Shown: positions 59,049-64,000 of the stretch, one piece after another | Numbering within the stretch: the stretch's first letter is position 1 | Layout: every line of letters starts with the position of its first letter | DNA from: Takakia lepidozioides | Lineage: Eukaryota; Plantae; Bryophyta | Length of the DNA: 64,000 nucleotides | Assembly: GCA_030704615.1 (NCBI GenBank) | Contig: CM060732.1 | Coordinates: 25,854,001-25,918,000, forward strand | Direction of reading: 5' to 3' | Notes under the pieces: model-generated | What the model was told of the DNA's origin: nothing | The model's database searches: none | The model's input: only the letters and a program-made list of their open reading frames with translations | Program-made: the position numbers and the translations under genes

Positions 59049-60010
59049 ATGGGGCCATGGTCCCTGCAAGGTTAGGCAGAATTGGGCCTGTATAGTAGAT
59101 CATAACTTCCAGTAGATCATATCTAGAAGTTATGTAGTTATCTTGTTAGCGTCCATCTGTCGAGGGGTCACATTATTTGGTTTGTCACCCAAGCATTTGT
59201 ATCCATTGTCCCCGACTTTGGACATTCAATTTTGCAGAGTGGGGGAGTATAATTTGTAGATAGCCAAAGAGATAGGTACACAGCAGGAATGGCGACCCAT
59301 GTGGCGCAACTCTTTATGTGTTGTAATTTACAGGCAGTGGCTGCCTCTGCTTAAACATTTCTCAAGTTGAAGTTTAGTAAAGATCATCCTCTGTTCATCA
59401 ATGTGACTCTTGCACTGTGCTTTTGTTGCCCCCTCTCCATGCATGCCCTTCAGAGCTTTTCAGAGCCTTGGCTTCCTATTGCTCATCTCAAATGACTCCC
59501 AGCCACACTTCAGGTAATCTTTCTCTGTATGAGTTTCTAAGAAGAATAGAGAGGCCAGCAGGAAGGAAGCAGAACCAGAAAATAATGTCCATCCACGGAA
59601 AACCTGTTCTGTTCTACTCACTATACATTGGATCAAACTGTCTATGTAAACCGTGGTTACCAATTCACTGCACTGGTTTAGAGCTCTAGTGTTGTTGTTC
59701 CCGCGTTTTCGACGAGCCTCACAGATTTCCTGCCCAGCAACGCGAAATCTATAGGCACGAGGAGATCGGGACTTCTGGGCTTCTCTCTGATGCACGGATC
59801 GTCTTGGTAAGTGTAGTATTCGCTGCAAATATGGAGGGTGGCGCTCCATTTGATTGTCAGAGTCGGAGCAACAGATTGTGAGGTTCAGGGACAGAAGTGT
59901 TTGGTGGGTTCGACTGATTGTAAGATGTGCGAGCGCCAGTGATTGTTGGATGCATTTTAAGGTGCACCCACTAATCCCCATGGTCACTGTGTAAGCGCGA
60001 GTGTCCTGTC

Positions 60011-63000
60011 ATGCAGAGTGCGGCAGGCATGACGTCAAGCATGGGGCCGGCCTCGTCTTTGGCCAAGGACTATGATCTTCCATGGGTGGAGAAGTACCGG
60101 CCGCAGAAGGTGTGTGACATAGTTGGCAATCAGGATGTGGTGGCCCGACTGCAGGTCATTTCGCAAGGAGGCAACATGCCCAACCTTATCTTCTCTGTAT
60201 CCTTTTATCACGCTTCGGTTTCGTCTAATTGCTTTCCGGAATTTGTTACCGAGGAGGTGACCTGGCATTGTTTTGGGAATCCAGTCTCATCAGGCTCCGA
60301 ATTGGCCACAGGGATCAGGTCGTACATTGTAGGAACTATAATTTCGCCGTAAAATTAACAGTCTGCATGAGCGGAACCAGAGCAATGTGAGTAGGAAGCT
60401 GTGCTGATGTATATGGGAGTAGCTTATTAGTGGAGCTGCACACTTGCGCCTGCGTGGTGCCCTTCTTGTTAATTGGGTACTGAGCTGCCAGTGCCCACTT
60501 AGGGGATGTCGATGAGGATGTAGATTCACGAAATGTAGCCCCAAGTTACCAAGAAAGGACAGTTTTGCTCAAGGGTGTATTGCTGATTTGGAAGGAAGGA
60601 GTTTAAGCCAAGTAGCTGTTGCTATGGAGCTAATTGTCTATCTGTTTTCACTCGCTGTGATGATTTTCTTTCCCTACCAGATGCATAAGCGTCCAAACCG
60701 TCAAATGTCAGGTGGATCTGATGTTTCGATTTCAAGTTTCGACTTCAGGGTTCAGGGTTTCTCGTTCGCCACTCCCCTTTGGCAAATTCCATGCATGAAC
60801 AATGATGCAACGATTGCCTATTGGACTCTGTTGTGTCACCATTGAGTATGGCTTATTACCCTTTGTCGAAGCAGAACAGTATCATAGCACAGATAAAATC
60901 ACCTTGTCATTGCATGGCCCTCCTCCCTCCTAAGATTGCCTCACGTGCATCTGTCCGCTAGGCCAGGAGGCAACTGCATTCTAGGTAGTTGTTTCCTCCA
61001 GCAGTGCTTGAGCACCACGGTGGTTAAATATGGGTTCCCAGGCATGGTGCTGTGATAGGAGATGCTGTGATTCGGTCTATGGGAAGTTTCTTTGACCAGA
61101 GAGGAAAGGGACCACCTGGCACTGGCAAGACCACAAGTATTCTGGCGCTGGCACATGAGCTGCTGGGCAGCAACTTTAAAGAAGCAGTTCTAGAGCTCAA
61201 TGCCTCTGATGACAGGTCAGCTTGCACTCCTTGTTCTTGGTGGAAGTGTGAAGAGGTGGGTTGCTTTTAAATGCTTGCGCATATCTCTTTTGATGTTTAA
61301 GACTGACGTATGCAGTGGACTGATTGTCATTAGATTAACATATAGTGTTGTGCAAAGCCTCCTTGTTTAAAAATGAGCAAAATTTGCTGTCCTACAGAAA
61401 CACGTCTCGTTTTTGGACATGGAACCTTGTATCCAATGGCAGTTGCTTTCCTCTGGACTTCTCTGTTATTATAATATACTTCTATATACCATATGGACAC
61501 ATCTTCTTACCAAGGTCATCAGTGGTACATTGCTGTGAGGATGCCATAGGCTGAAACCCTGGCATGATTCCCTCTGTGCATATCTAAATGTTGGACCACA
61601 TCCGGAGTTGTGGATAACTTCTTTGTCCTAGCCTCTTCCTGCATCTGTGTTCCTGCACTCAACAGTTCTTGCCTTACATTATGGAGTAATATTTAAAATT
61701 ATCAGCATTATGATGTGCTTTTGTAGGCCAATAAACTTCTAGTCAATGCTCAGCTGGGCTGTCTAATTGGGTCTAATTGGCCATGCAGAGGTATAGATGT
61801 GGTTCGCAACAAGATAAAAATGTTCGCTCAAAAGAAAGTGACGCTACCTCCTGGACGCCACAAGATTGTTCTATTGGATGAGGCTGACAGGTGGTTCTCT
61901 CTGCCCACCTCTGTTTGTTGCATAAATGATTGTTGGAGGGAGGCTGCTGTAATGGCAAGAGAGAGGAGTGATGAGGGATGGCGAAACGTGGAAATGTAGA
62001 GGCTGAGACAAAAATTACACTCATTATGCTACGCTTGCACTAGCATTCTGGTCACCACTGTGGCCCATGTTACAAGAGGGCAGAGGGGAGAGGGACAACA
62101 GGATGGCAGGATGGGCATTGCTGCCACTGCCGAAGGTCGGCTCCAATGTTGGCTGTGATGTACCCTGTGAGGGCTTTGTCCCTGCAGGCTGGTATGGGTA
62201 TCCTGCTTACTACACAGCTTGGATTCCAGCTTTAGCCCCTAATCTGCTAGACATGACAAAAGAGGAGATGGAGCCTTGAGGTACTTGGTGAAGAGTCAGG
62301 GGAAGGTCCATGCATAAGAAGTCATGACTAATTGCCAGCTGAAAATCATCTTTGTACTGCTTTTGAGATTGGAATGGATTCTTGAGCTGTTACAAACTTC
62401 TTTGTATAAATGGTAATCATTGCTCTTCCTAATTGAGAGCAAGCACTAGTTCTCTGAAAATTTGGGGTAGGTGACAAATATCCACAAATCTCAGTTTCTT
62501 CGTCATCAAACATGACAAGATTCTTTAAGCAAATAATTCGAGTTCATTTAGGTGGTACAATTTGAAGGAACTGAGAATCTGTTGGCAGTATGACAGCGGG
62601 GGCGCAGCAGGCACTTCGCAGGACCATGGAGATCTACTCCAATACCACACGTTTCGCCCTGGCGTGCAATGTGTCATCCAAGATCATAGAGCCCATCCAG
62701 AGTCGATGCGCCATTGTTCGCTTTTCCCGGCTCTCAGATAGCGAAATCTTGGACCGCCTTCTCCGGGTTGTTGAAGCAGAAAAGGTCAGGCGCAAAACTG
62801 GAAAGCTAGGGTTGTTGCATCTAAGGTGATAGTGGGATAAGAGTGATAGGTAACAAGTTCTTTGCATATCCAGCAGCGATCAGCATAGTGCCTGGTATCA
62901 GCTTTGATTTCTGTCCCCCTCAGGAAGCTTATGTGCGCAAAAACCAGTTGCATGCTTTTGTGGGTGGAGTTCATGAGGCCTTACAGTTCGAGCTGACTTG

Positions 63001-63675
63001 TATTTCAAAGTCAAAACCACAGTTAGCAAGGGGCCATGTGAAAACTGCCACCAAGCTCGGCGAATCACAATGGGCCTATTCTCTCTTTCTCACATGCCCA
63101 AAGCCTTTCCACTGAGATTGATCTTGTCCTGAGCTTCTTGGGGTTGGGAATTGCTACATGGAAAGGTGCCATATGTGCCAGAGGGGTTGGAGGCAGTGGT
63201 GTTCACAGCGGATGGTGACATGCGACAAGCTCTCAACAACTTACAAGCCACATTCAGTGGGTTCCAATTTCTCAGCCAGGACAACGTTTTCAAGGTGGAA
63301 GTATCACTTGCAACATTGTCTCGACACAATTATGATTGTCTGCTGTGTCGTGCTGTATTCATGAGTGCACGCAAGCTCCCTCTTGTTTCCTTCTATCTAT
63401 ACACATAGGTCTGTACTTGTTTTCTCCTCTCTGCTGACGCTTGTGTCATAGCTCATTAAGCTTTAGGGTCGCTGTGGCAGGTATGTGATCAGCCGCACCC
63501 TCTACTCGTGTTGACCATTGTAAAACATACACTAGCGGGAAACATCGATGATGCATACACAGGACTCAAACAGCTTTATGATCTGGGATACTCTGCATCT
63601 GACATCATCACCACTCTATTTAGAGTGGTCAAGAACTATGATATGGCTGAGTTTCTGAAGTTGGAATATATACGG
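60011..63675 (+). CDS. RFC2: Replication factor C small subunit (RFC2/RFC40, yeast Rfc4 type); final exon(s) beyond the window
   Basis: [79 protein letters not shown] and [11 protein letters not shown]. Exons about 60011-60196, 61109-61215, 61789-61889, 62589-62784, 63166-63294 and 63481-63675. Confidence 0.96.
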
Positions 63676-64000
63676 GTATGTTTGTCTTTGTAACCATTTT
63701 TGTTAAATTGATTTTGGTTAGTGTTGAGGTCTGCTTTATGATGTGGTATTTTTCATTTCTTGATGATGCATTCGAATGAGCATGGAATGACACCCTTGGG
63801 AAAAGGTGTGCAGAATTACGTGTGAAAATGTTAGAGAAATTGAATAGCACTTGTCGAGGACAGGAGTTCAACATATGTTAGGAGCATGTTTCTCCATGAC
63901 GTCCACACCTCAGTTCTTTCTTTTACACGCCACAGGACCACACCCTCAGATCCTTGTAGTTGACCAGGTCACCCATCAATTTTTTGCTTGGAAAGCATGA

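Noticed and set aside
59460-59987. 175-aa minus-strand ORF upstream of RFC2
   Set aside because: No motifs; it overlaps the expected RFC2 promoter and 5' UTR.

Overview
Eukaryotic nuclear DNA from a seed-free land plant, probably a hornwort or similar bryophyte. This is inferred from spliceosomal introns, a PLS-DYW PPR editing factor and motile-cilium genes. The left third (1-20.2 kb) is a decayed zone. It holds a degenerate Helitron/PIF1 helicase, a truncated PPR paralog, TE remnants, a linker-histone relic and the ciliary gene CYB5D1 with an in-frame TGA. Next is the ciliary gene CFAP298 (C21orf59/kurly). Its intron 2 contains an almost intact APE-RT non-LTR retrotransposon sitting inside a (TC)n microsatellite, and its 3' exons carry stops and a frameshift. 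The rest (28-64 kb) is gene-dense and looks intact: a 21-motif PLS-E-DYW PPR gene, the PP2A catalytic subunit, mitochondrial ribosomal protein L34 head-to-head with organellar seryl-tRNA synthetase, a large AIPP2-like PHD/SPOC protein, and RFC2 (cut by the window edge). Three observations stand out. Both sperm-flagellum genes are truncated by TGA codons at CGA-compatible positions while the housekeeping neighbours are intact. The LINE is embedded in a microsatellite. Many 3' splice sites are purine/G-rich with no polypyrimidine tract. All family assignments come from motif recall, not database searches.
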